Below, in pieces: positions 52,251 to 64,000 of a stretch of 64,000 bases of DNA. Position numbers and translations under genes: made by a program. Position 1 is the stretch's first letter, and each line of letters starts with the position of its first letter. Where the stretch lies: positions 63,426,001 to 63,490,000 of the forward strand of contig NC_043007.1 of NCBI RefSeq assembly GCF_006345805.1, written 5' to 3'. Below the pieces are notes generated by a model. It was given only the letters and a program-made list of their open reading frames with translations, was not told where the DNA came from and did no database searches. The DNA comes from Octopus sinensis (Eukaryota).

Positions 52251-53139
52251 ATATCTGGTGGCATGATAGAGAGAGTAAATGATTTGGGGAGAGAAAGAGA
52301 GAGAACGGGAGGAAACACTACCATGTACATATGTTTTTGTGTGAATGTAGTGCTGTCTGTATATGTTTTTCTTTTTATATATATAGATATATATTAAAAT
52401 TATTATTTATGGTATCTAAGAGATACCACCATGCTGAAAATAGCAGCCAGAACCTGACTCTAAAACCACATTAAATGTTCATACAGCACCAGGAGAGAAG
52501 ACAAAAAGACAAAATAAACTAGCAAAAATTACAGTATAATTCCAGATCCCGTGTATCTGACTTGGCATAAGAAATACTTTGCCTCTTCAGTGGAATATAC
52601 GCAGACAGTAACATAAATACACATATATATACATATAACATATGAATACTTACATGTACGAACGTATACATACATATATATGCACGTATGCAACACGACC
52701 AGTTAAAATTTCCCGCCTTATAACTCCTCGTGCGATATGGTTAAAACATCACCACAGTAAATACAATGATGAAATAAACTTAGATATATATATATATCTA
52801 TATATGTATATGTATATCATCATTATCATCATCATCATTTAACATCCGCCTTCCATGTTAGTGTATATATATATATATATATATATATCATCAACATTTA
52901 ACATCCATTTAACATGGGTTGGATGGCTTGACAGGAACTGACAACACCAGGATCTGGGACTTCTTTGTTTCCATCTTCTAAATTCGCACTTAAATCTTTG
53001 GTCACCATGGGTACTTGCCCAAGCTGCTGTACAATGAGACAAAACTCAAAATAACATTGTTGGGAAGCAAGCTTCTTAACTTCACAGCCATACCTGCACA
53101 TATATGTATGCATGCATAAAGAAAGGAATAAACCCAATA

Positions 53140-53400
53140 TGGACAGTTGTGCAACAAAGTGTAAATATGTGCAGAAGGGTAGACTTCACTGGTATGGTCA
53201 TGTGATGCATATGAATGACGACAGCTCTATAAAGAAGTACTGTTTGCTGAATGTGGATGAAACTTATGGAAGAGAGACACCCAGGAAGACATGGGATGGA
53301 CTAGTGCAGGCTGATCTCAAGATGTTGAACCTCACTGTTGAGATAATAAAGGGTCAATATGACTGGCTATTTGTTGTGCTCAAGAAGCCTATTCATTATG
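53140..53400 (+). mobile_element. RTE ORF2 C-terminal fragment
   Basis: GRLHWYGHVMHMNDDS...GRETPRKTWDGLV. Confidence 0.8.
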
Positions 53401-55076
53401 GTGAAAGTGAGGTCTTAAAAGAATTATGTTTATGTCTGTATATTCACTGGGCCCTACCCCTGCACCTAATCTGTCCCTGTCGAGCCTTACCCACCTCTCA
53501 TTTTCGTAATATCGATCCCTCCATCACTCTTCTAACTACTGTACTATAGAGCTGCTGCAGTTATATGTGAAAAGAATTGACACATATTTCATCTACTTTT
53601 GTCCTACTGGTTACCACCACCTCACTTTGGAACAACTTCCTTTCATTATCCATCCCTCATTCTCATTATCATCCCTTCTCATTTTTTTTCCAAGTGATCA
53701 CCTCCATTTCTGTGCCTCCAGTTATCTCTCCCTCCCCTCTGAGTTACACTTCAGGACTGCCATACTTTATTTTAAACACCATCTTGCATCTGCTATTGTT
53801 CTCAACACTCCCTCATATCTGCCATCAATGGCTTCCCCAGTTCTGTCTCCCAATCACTATAGCCACCTCTACATACTTTTGGTTTCTTTCTCTGTCACAG
53901 TAAAAGAACCTGTACCAGATGTTATAATAGAGGGCAAAGACCACTTAACTACAATGATTTTATTGGCTCAGACACAAGAAATGGGGGATTAAGATTCTTG
54001 GCACTGCAGTTGTTGCTCTTAAAGTAGAAAAATGTAAAATGAGAGTGGTAAGTGTTAATGAAGGGGCAAAAAGGAAAGAAAGAGAGAATGATGGTTAGTA
54101 CTCGGGAAGGTTGATGCAGTGTATGTTGTATATATATGTATATGTGTATGTGTGTATGTATGTATGTGGTATGTATGAAAGTGTGTGTGTGTGTATACAC
54201 ACACACACAAACATACACATATGCATTTACACACATGGACACATATACATATGCACATACTCATATATGCTCTCACATTCACACATACATATGTAAATAC
54301 ATACTTGAGTGCCTACTTATCTCTAGACATCGTCATTCTTAAAGAGTGTGGAATATGTGTACTATAATTGCATAGATCTTCAGACCTAAGGATGTTTTTA
54401 ATGCTCATTTGCATATTTTGGCTCAATGAATATTTGTTAGTATTCTGGTGCAAATGTTAGTGTGTGTGTATGAGTACAATACACACCTCTTGTAGAAAAC
54501 ACTTTAGTGACATGTATTCTTAGCAGGACAAGTCTGCCAACCAGTTTTAATTATCCGAATTGCATAATGTATGTTGTTGCTGTTGTTAATGGCCAAGAGA
54601 AAGGTATGAATTCCACAATATTATTGAATAATCCTCATGACTTTATTCCGAAGCAATAAAAAAACAAAATTTGAATTCTTACATATGTAAAAAATCATGT
54701 ACATATCACACAATATGTACGTATCACACATACATGTACATGTACATACATACACACATATACATACATGCATGCATGCATACATACATACACACGAACA
54801 TACATACATACATACATACATAAATGCACATGTTTTCATACTTCACTATGTATTTTTAGGTGTGAATATGTATGCATGAAAGAAAGACAGATATTCTTTT
54901 CTTTTCTTCTTATATTATTGAATTATTTAAAAGGATGGCTGTAAGTATAGTTTTCATTTCTTAATGTAACTGGTAAAAACTGCCAGAAGCTACTTCTTGT
55001 TAAAGCAATATTTCTTCCTGCATCCATGTTAAATATTCAGTAAGCCATTGTTCTTTCATTCAGATGTTATTTACAG

Positions 55077-55132
55077 ATGCCACAACCATATAATAAATTA
55101 ACCTCAGACAACTATAGAGATGTATATTCAGG
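55077..55132 (+). CDS. Candidate orphan exon MPQPYNKLTSDNYRDVYS(G), product unknown
   Basis: Acceptor ttatttacag and donor GG|gtatgt with only one open frame. An upstream ATGGCT|gtaagt at 54935-54940 is in phase. Confidence 0.3.
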
Positions 55133-55769
55133 GTATGTTAAGCGAGTGTTGAAAGCTGTAAATGTTAAAGCCAGTAGGGAATTAGCTAAGTGGTTGACAG
55201 TTTATAACCTATCATTGGTACAGTGTTATACCAATGATAAAAATGAATACTTTTCTGCAGTTGTTAAGCCCTAGGTAAGCACTGAGCTGAGATGAGCAAA
55301 AACCTATGATAACCAAGTCATCTCTTTTTGCTTTTTTCCCCTCAGACAAGGTATCTAGAACTACATTATGTTGTGCTCTTCCATTTTTAAGTTTATAGAG
55401 TGTGATTTAAAGATATATCTAACATGTTGAATGACCATGAAGATGTAGCTTCTTTGATTCATATTGCTAGGTTGTATAATTTACTATTGAAAATAGTGGG
55501 GCACTATGAAATTAATAAGTATTATGCTGGTTTACAGTATTGAAAAGCAGTCTACAAAGAAAATGGAGATTCTGTTCACTAAGTACTTTATATTGTCTCT
55601 ACCTAAGATAACATAATCAAAACTTTATGGTTTGGAAAGGCATAAGTTTAAGGTGTGTATTGTGCTGCATACCCATCAAACAAACTGGCTGAATTGTAGT
55701 CAGTAGATGAAATACTTTGTGATATTTAGTTTCATCCATTTATATTCTGAAGCCACTTCCTAAATATGA

Positions 55770-56720
55770 GAGTAATATTCTATTGTTGGTCTCACTTGAG
55801 AGCTTGTAATGGGTTAGGGGCTGTTGTGAGGTTGAAGTATTTTATGACTCTGAAGAAGAAGGCCAATCTTTGTGATTCAGTAATTGCACTGTTGAGGATG
55901 TCCATTTGCAAGAAGAGATCCTCAGCATTTATAGTGTCATTGAAGGTCCTAGCTCTATACTGTTCATTTTTAAGGGATCGTATTATGATGTTTACTTGAT
56001 ATGTATAGTAGTGACTGTCTTTGTGCTATTATTGAAGAGTTTTGAGCTTGCTGTAGATAGAGACATGCAGATTTGCAAGGGGTGCATACATTACATTTGG
56101 ATGATGCATGCGTGTAGAAAGCTAGGGAAGAATAAAAGGTGGTATCATCTACATGGGAGTGGGTGCTGGTGGATGAGATGGCAAGAAAGTCCTTGGTATA
56201 TAGACAGATATTCTTTTCTTTTCTTATATTATTGAATTATTTAAAAGGATGGCTGTAAGTATAGCTTTCATTTCTTAATGTAACTGGTTCTTGATAAAAA
56301 GTCTTTGCTAAAAAGTCCTTGATATATAAGGGTAAACTTTTGATCTCACCATAGTTGATAGCGTTTGGGTCACAGAGGGCACATTCTACATATGCTGCAA
56401 AGGTTTGATCTGGCAGGAAACCTATAATCCAAGAGATGGGAGATGGCTGGAGCTCATAGGCAGGCAAATATTGTTAGGATGTTTGAATGTCTGATATAGT
56501 GAAATGCGTTGCTGACATCAGAGCACCAACACTGCTTTCACTAAGTTTCTCAAATTTCATCAGAGGATGCAGTGATAAGTACCATTTAGGAGTAGTTCTC
56601 TAGATTTGGCTTTATGGAAGCCATACTGGTGGTTATTAAAGAAGGATAAAGGTTCAAGGTCTTGGAGAAGGTGGCTAATACTATTTCCATTGCTTTTGAA
56701 ATGTTCAAAAAGAGAACTAT
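55770..56720 (-). mobile_element. Decayed CR1/L2-like LINE reverse transcriptase, interrupted at 56203-56311
   Basis: FNNHQYGFHKAKS and YTKDFLAISSTSTHSHVDDTTFY (YADD-equivalent). Confidence 0.65.
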
Positions 56721-56809
56721 AAGTCAGTAGTTGGTAGGATCAAAGCAGGTTGCCTGTATTCAACTGGAACATACTGAAGTATGTTTTGAAAGATCAAGAT
56801 ACATATATA

Positions 56810-57000
56810 TATATGAAAAATTCTCTGTGAGCAAAAACTTAGATCAATGCCCTGCAGACATAAATCTTAAATACCAAAATTTTCCCTCTCTATCAATGCA
56901 CCAGAAACACTTCAACCTAATTCCAATTGAATAAGGAAAGCATGGTCATTAAAAAAAGAAACTGTAACTAAATATCCTATTATAACATACCAGAAAAAGA
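56810..57000 (+). mobile_element. Penelope GIY-YIG C-terminal relic
   Basis: VSKNLDQC... and nucleotide similarity to 46240-46350. Confidence 0.5.
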
Positions 57001-58080
57001 AAACACAATTTTTCCATGGAAAACATTCTGAGACAACAAATATAATTTGAAAATTTTAAGTAACAGCTCCCCAGGGATTCAAAACCCCAACTCCAAATTA
57101 CTATACAATAACACCATATATCTTCTCAAACACCAGTTCCTAACATCTCAAACAAAACCAATGAAATTTTTTCTCTGTTCAGAACCAGACTATCAGAAAA
57201 AACAAATGATTTCTTAAGGAAACCAACCAACTAGAATGCTAGATGACCATCAGCCAAAAACAAATTACCAAGTTTCAACCAGGAAGTCAACCAAGCAGAA
57301 TGCTGAGCTTTACCACAACAAAAATATTTTGTCCAGAATGGAAAATATTTCTGATCATAATAAAGTGACATTACAAAACCTACACCCAATCAGAACTTGT
57401 TCCTTGATCATGTTCATCACCAGGAAGCCAACCAAAACACTAGACTTTACCAAAAACAAAAATATTTTAACCAAAACATCCACAAGAAAAAGGATGTCAT
57501 CAAAAATTAGATTATTTTTCTGAAAAAACATATATATACTAAAAGGTTTGGACCCAAAATACTTTCAACTCCTACAAGCCATGAAAGGTGAAAAAACCAG
57601 TGCACTGAGAGTGAAATTGGAAAAAGGGCTACCTGTATCATGACAGAAATTGTAAAAAGAAAAAGAACTTTGTTTCCTTTCTCTCCACTTTTTTTTCTCT
57701 CCCTTCTCCACTTGTTTTATAAAAAGTCGGTATGACTGAACTTTCAATAATGTACATTTGTTATGATTCTTGCTGAACATTTACATTGAGATTATTATCT
57801 ATCCTTGTGAAACTCATTGAAATTTCAGTGAACATTTGAACATTTGATGATTTTTAAATGTTTGTTCAATTTTTACCTTCTCACTTTCCTAAACCCCAAT
57901 TTTTTTTTGTAAACTCTCTTTGTAAATTCTTTTGTAAACCCTCCTAAACCCTTTTTTTATATCTATATTTGTACCCATTGATAAGCAAAAAATGTTCAAA
58001 ACTAGTTTAGCATGTAAATAAATCTATTTAAAAATGACTACACGTTTTTTATTGCATTTTTAAACCCCAAAACAAATTCT

Positions 58081-58187
<107 letters not shown>

Positions 58188-58768
58188 ATAAATGTTATAT
58201 ATATATAACCAATCAAAAATTAGATCCTTTTCCATAAAACATATATATACTAAAAGGTTTGGACCTCAAGTACTTCCAACTCCTACAAGCCATGAAAGGT
58301 GAAGAGACCAGTGCACTGAGACTGAAATTGAAAAAAGAACTACCTGCCGAGATATACATATATTTTTAAGTACATAATTATAAAAATATAATTATAATCA
58401 AGGGTACTAGAATGTCGGTGCCTATACACTAGAAGTAGATGTCAAATATCTACAATCCATTCTAAAGTTGCTCTCTATTTATAACCAAAGGCTGAATACA
58501 AAGTAATAAGCAAGGAGATTTACAAATTCCGGATAATCCTATATCTTAAGATTTCATGCTCTGTAATAAAGATTACTTTGCACTCCTCAGTAAAAATAAA
58601 CTGACAATATATAAATGAAAAATACATATACATATCAATAAATTTTTGTGTACAGATACCAATAAATACATGCATTTCTTGTGTATACATTACACCTAAT
58701 CACCCATCTCGGCCATGTTGTTAATGTCAGAAATCATATGGGGTAAATATAGTCCCCACAGCATGATA

Positions 58769-59085
58769 TGAGGGCAATCCCAAAAGCAAGGTCTCTAAAA
58801 ATATTTTGAAATCACAGAAACTATTGTCAATAATGTTTACATCATTTTAAAGTTTATCTATTTTTCTACATAATCTCCTTTTCGATTGATGCATTTTTGT
58901 AGGCACTGGGGCAGTTTTTGTATGCCCATGTCATACCAGCTCACCACCATGTCATTGAGAAAACGTTGAACTTCATTTTTCACCTTGTCATCATTGCTGA
59001 AGTGAGTTCTGGCCAAATGTTCTTTCAACTTAGGGAACAGGTGGTAGTCATTGGGTGCCAAGTCCGGACTACAGGTGCTTGGTCT
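58769..59085 (-). mobile_element. Mariner 3' fragment
   Basis: APNDYHLFPKLKEHL...GIQKLPQCLQKCINRKGDYVEK*; TIR-like tatgagggcaatcccaaaag at the left. Confidence 0.88.
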
Positions 59086-59440
59086 CTAGAATATATCAGT
59101 AAGTACACTATTATAAAAACTCTACCTGTTTTGTTTTTGGATAAATATTAATTAATTCTATTTACAAAATCATAAGTACTATTCGTTTTCTAGACATATT
59201 GTCAATACCTGTTTTACTTTAGCACTAGTTTTATCCTACTACAATTTATACACCCTGGAACCCCTATATAAAGGGAAAACCCATAATTTATTTTTCTAGC
59301 TCATTTGCTAGTTCACTCTTTTGCATATCGACTTCAAGCTTCACACTGCAAAATGGTATGATTCTAATATACTGAGTCTTCTTGCCTCATCTTGAGGCCC
59401 TTTTCTTTCCTCTTAACTCTTCACTTTGTTTATTTTATTT

Positions 59441-59596
59441 TAAGAAAATGGAGGGGATCAATAGGTGGTTCATCAACTTTTAGACATTATATTATGTAAC
59501 TTATTTATTTATTTACTAAACTGACAATTACAATTATATACATACATGTATAACATATTATGCTTGAACCACCTACTGATCCCCTCCACTTTCTTA
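59441..59596. mobile_element. MITE-like element, 32-bp inverted arms (2 mismatches), 92-bp AT-rich spacer
   Basis: taagaaaatggaggggatcaataggtggttca versus tgaaccacctactgatcccctccactttctta. Confidence 0.7.
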
Positions 59597-59776
59597 TTGC
59601 TATATAAATTAATGGTAAAATATCTCTTTACCTTCATCCATTTAGTACACTAGGTAATGTAATTGCAACGCAATAAAAAACACTTGTGTATTAATAATTG
59701 GGTATTCTACCAGCAGTATATTGGATAGATATTATCCATTAGTGGGTTGGATTCCCAACCTCTAACTTTCTTGAAG

Positions 59777-59850
<74 letters not shown>

Positions 59851-60914
59851 CTATCTGACTGTTTTGTTTTGCCCCCGGTTGTATTATCTCATCTTTTTGT
59901 ATCCCTTTTAGCTAAAAAGAAAAGATCATCATCATCATCATCATCATCATCATCTTTATTATCATCATAAGAGAAATCTTGGATTCATCTGTGACTGGCC
60001 CAAGGCAATGGTATTTTTAAAAACCATTTAAAAATCCCATATTTTGTGTTTTATTTCCATCCCTTAGTGTCTTTTCTTTTTGTGCCCAGACAAATAAAGA
60101 AGTTGTTTTTACTACTGTTTTTCTTATCTTTTTTTTAATCATAAATCTTCTAAAATGTGTTTAAAAAAACTTGCATAAAAAGATAAGATGAAAAGGAAAA
60201 GTAGTAAAAAAAACTAAACTGAAATTATTACAAAATCAATAATTTACTGTTTTAATTTTGTTATTGATAATAATTTGAAAAGAAGAGCAAAGAAATTCAG
60301 AAATTTCAACTATTGAAATGCAACTTGGACAACAACAATAACAACAATCATATTAATGTTGAATGATGGAAAATTAATAGTTTTAATGATAACTTGCTTT
60401 TGATGTGTGACTGGATTGGAATTCTTTTGATAGGGTGGAATTTCAGGCCAACTATTTACATATCTGTTGGTTATCATCATCTTTTCCTCTCCATCATCAC
60501 CATCATCACTATCATCATCATTATTGTCATCTTTTTCATTGTTATCATTCTTGTCCCTTTCCTCTTCTTTGCTGTTGTTGTCCTTATCTACATAGCTTTA
60601 GTGTCCATTTTACTAAGCATGAATAAATTGGTTGGGTCTGCAATACAGCTTAAATCTATTTCAACATCCTTCTTATAAAGGAACACCTGAAAGCATAGTC
60701 AAACGAAATTATATTTTTTAAGGGAGCTCTGATAGATTTTCTACTTGGCAGAATATAGATAGCAGGTAGATGGCAAAAATAGGAGAGCATCATGTAAAAT
60801 ACCTTGTGATATTTGTTTACATCACCTTAACTTTCTGAGTTCACATCCTGGCCAGACCCACTTTTACCTACATCCGTCTAAACATACAATAAAATAATTT
60901 TTGAGATTGATAAT

Positions 60915-61135
60915 AATAATGGTCTCAAATTTTGGCACTAGGCCAACAATTTTGGGGGAGGGAATAAGTCAATTACATTGACCCCAGTGCACAACTGGCA
61001 CTTATTTTATCGACCCTGAAAGGATGAAAAGGCAAAGTTGACCTCAGTGGAACTTGAACTCAGAACATAAAGATAACCAAAATGCTGCTAAGCATTTTGC
61101 CCAGCATCCTAACAATTTTACCAGTTTGCTTCCCT
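60915..61135 (-). mobile_element. Second-family SINE flanked by (AAT)n
   Basis: Reverse of aaaatgcttagcagcattt...gagttcaagttccactgaggtcaactttgcc. Confidence 0.75.
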
Positions 61136-61141
61136 AAATTG

Positions 61142-61181
<40 letters not shown>

Positions 61182-61219
61182 TAATAATAATAATTATAAG
61201 ATTATTGTATACAATGCTC

Positions 61220-62085
61220 AGGTACACTACAGCTTTTCACAATGACAGTATGTAAGCACCCTGAGAGAAATGTTGGTCATAAGAAGCATCAGATGTGATG
61301 TGCAAGAGAGACGACTGCACTAGTATGATCATATGCTGTGTATGGATGAGGAGAGCTGTGTGAAGAAGTGTCACACTCTAACAGTGGAAGGAAACTGTGG
61401 AAGAGGGAGACCCAGAAAGACATGGGATGAGGTGGTGAAGCACAACCTGTGAATGTTGGGCCTCACAGAAGCAATGACAAAAGACTGAGACCTTTGGAGA
61501 TATACTGTGATTGAGAAGACCCAGCAAGTAAAGTGCGATCACAGCCGTGGCCGATACCAGTGTTGCATAACCAGCCCATTTAAAAGTACCATGAATCATT
61601 GGGTGATACTTTGCACTTGAGGAGACCTATTGAGTCAAGTAAAATCAAAACAGAAATTGTAGTTGTGGTTGGTGCCAGTGCCACCTGACTGGCACCCATG
61701 ATGGTGGTACATAATAAGCACCATTCAAGCGTTGATCGATGCCAGTGCCACTGGACGGGCTCCCCATGCTGGTGGCACATAAAAAGTACCATCTGAACAT
61801 GGTCAATGCCAGTGCCCCACCAACTGGCTCCCGTGCCAGTGGTACGTAAAAAGCGCCATCCAAGCATGGTCAATGCCAGTGCTGCCTGATTGGCTCCTGT
61901 GCCAGTGACATGTAAAAAGTATCCACTACACTCTTGGAGTGGTTGGCATTAGGAAGGGCATCCAACTGTAGAAACCTTGCCAGATCAGATTGGAGCCTGC
62001 TGCAGCCTACTAGCTTGCCAGTCCTCAGTCAAACCATCCAAACCATGCCAACAAGGAAAACAGATGTTAAATGATGACGATAATA
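61220..62085 (+). mobile_element. RTE LINE 3' end (ORF2 end, 3' UTR with about 60-bp tandem units, GAT tail)
   Basis: RRLH*YDHMLCMDEESCVKKCHTLTVEGNCGRGRPRKTW; repeated gccagtgcc.c..actggc units; tail gttaaatgatgacgat. Confidence 0.85.
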
Positions 62086-62595
62086 ATGGTACAGAAAGTA
62101 ACAAGAAGTCAAGTAAAAAAAGACAACAAGGCTACCCAAAAGTGCATGCATAATACACAGGATATAACGCAAGAAGACAGAAAAATGAATAGTAAAAGAG
62201 CCATAGAGAGGCAAGAAAGCAAAGGTATTTCAGTAATGGTGGCAAATTTTGAGAAGCATGAAATCTTTGAAGGATGCAGAGTTCTGACAGCTAACAAGCA
62301 ACACATTATTTTATTCCATGCTTCAGCAATTTTGAATATAAAAGTATGTTTCTGGAAGTCATGAGAACTGCATTGTGATTTTGATTTGATTTGCATGGGT
62401 AGTAGAGATATTGAGTGTAACAGGAAGCATCATGACAGTTCAATGACTGAAACTAGTGAAAGAACAAAAGAATATTTTCTCTGCAAATCATTAATCATAA
62501 AAATAGTTTCATGAAAGACTTTGTGGTGTCACCTTTATTTTTTTTTTTTTCTTGTATAGAATAGTATATTATTTTATAACATGTTTCACTAATTT

Positions 62596-62790
62596 GGTGG
62601 TGGTGTGTGTGTGGTGGTTGTGATGGTGTGGTGGTTGTGATGGTGTGGTGGTTGTGATGGTGTGGTGGTTGTGGTGGTGGTGGTGGTGGTGGTGGTGGTG
62701 GTGGTGGTGGTGGTGGTGGTGGTGGTGGTGGTGGTTGTAGTAGTGGTCTGGTGGTTGTGGTGGTGATGGTGATGGTTGTGGTGGCAGAGG
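62596..62790. repeat. (GGT)n/(TGG)n microsatellite
   Basis: Direct reading; source of the poly-Pro and poly-His ORFs. Confidence 0.95.
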
Positions 62791-62931
62791 TGATGGTGTA
62801 AGAAGCAAACAGAATAACTGTAAATGATAAAAGATCAATATGACAGCTATGAAGTTGTTTGACAACATCAAGACATAATTGGACATAATGTAATAAGCAA
62901 TATTTTTTTAATGGATTATACTTGATATATA

Positions 62932-62972
<41 letters not shown>

Positions 62973-63545
62973 GCACGCACACACGCACATACATACCAAG
63001 GATTTATATACGCATTGTTTGATTATTATAGTCAGAATTATTAATGGTACTCATAATTATTTCATGTTTATGGAGAGGGTTGCTTTGCTTCCTTGTTATT
63101 ATACAATGTGCAGAAACCAATAAATAATGTGTTTTATTCAAGTTCCACATGATTGATTTCACTGAGAATTCGTTCCCCACTTTCTAGAATTTATTTATAT
63201 ATTATATATATATAATCTGTATATTATCAGGTGTGTGGTAAAGTTTTACCAGGTTTTGTTTACATACACACACACACACTTGATTTCAGGTTCAATTTCA
63301 CTGTATGGTACTTCTGGCAAGGATTTTCTGGTATAGCTCCAAGCTAACCCAAGACTTAAAAGTGGTTTTTGGTTGACAGAAGCTGGAAGAAGGCTAGCTA
63401 TGTCTGGGTCATTGCTAAAAATCTTACCTGTTTAAAATTTTACCTAATGAAGGTGGATTGTATATTATAGTGTAATCTTTTATGACTGCATTTCATACAT
63501 AAAATTCTACCAAAACAACTATCTTATGTGTGGCATGTGTGTGTA

Positions 63546-63617
<72 letters not shown>

Positions 63618-64000
63618 AGTGTGTGTTTGTGTGTGTAAATATATTACATGACATAACCATGGCCAACCAGACTATGAGATTTTGTTACACACTGCTAGTT
63701 ACAATGTGCTTTGCAACATTCTACTCTTCAAGTAACACCACCCCAATGACTAAAAGAGCAGACCAACATTTTTCTCTTATAAATACAAATCAATGCAGTT
63801 AGCTGTAACCTAGAAAATAACTTAGACCCACCCTAATATCAGCCCAGATGTTTCATCCCTCCAAACTCATATATATATATATATATAATATACACACACG
63901 ATTAACATCTTGTACACAAGTGTGTGTGTGTGTTTCATTACTGGTTGTGTGTACATGTGTGTAAGACTCTGCAAGCCAAGTGAGACCATAACCTTTGGCC

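Noticed and set aside
62071-62364. 97-aa plus ORF after the RTE tail
   Set aside because: It starts inside the (GAT)n tail, has no acceptor and shows no recognisable domain.
62495-62980. Poly-Pro / poly-His / poly-Thr ORFs
   Set aside because: (GGT)n microsatellite translations with no splice context.

Overview
AT-rich, microsatellite-dense eukaryotic DNA. The repeat complement (tRNA-headed SINEs, RTE-type tails ending in (GAT)n, R4-like and Penelope retroelements, mariner) resembles an octopus/cephalopod genome; this is inferred from repeat style, not from a search. One host gene is well supported: the first two coding exons of a Girdin/Daple (CCDC88) homologue on the minus strand (21087-21037, 19110-19022). 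They lie in a CpG-rich region, and intron 2 runs off the left edge (>19 kb). Nearly all other ORFs in the track are microsatellite translations or transposon relics. The most notable signal is several families of hammerhead-ribozyme (HHR) motifs in Penelope-type terminal repeats. They include ORF-less head-to-head palindromes with one HHR per strand (46916-47206, 7478-7712) and an HHR downstream of a tRNA-like Pol III promoter (13452-13640). A few orphan exon candidates (34.4, 48.6, 55.0 kb) could not be assigned. Coordinates of decayed repeats are approximate.
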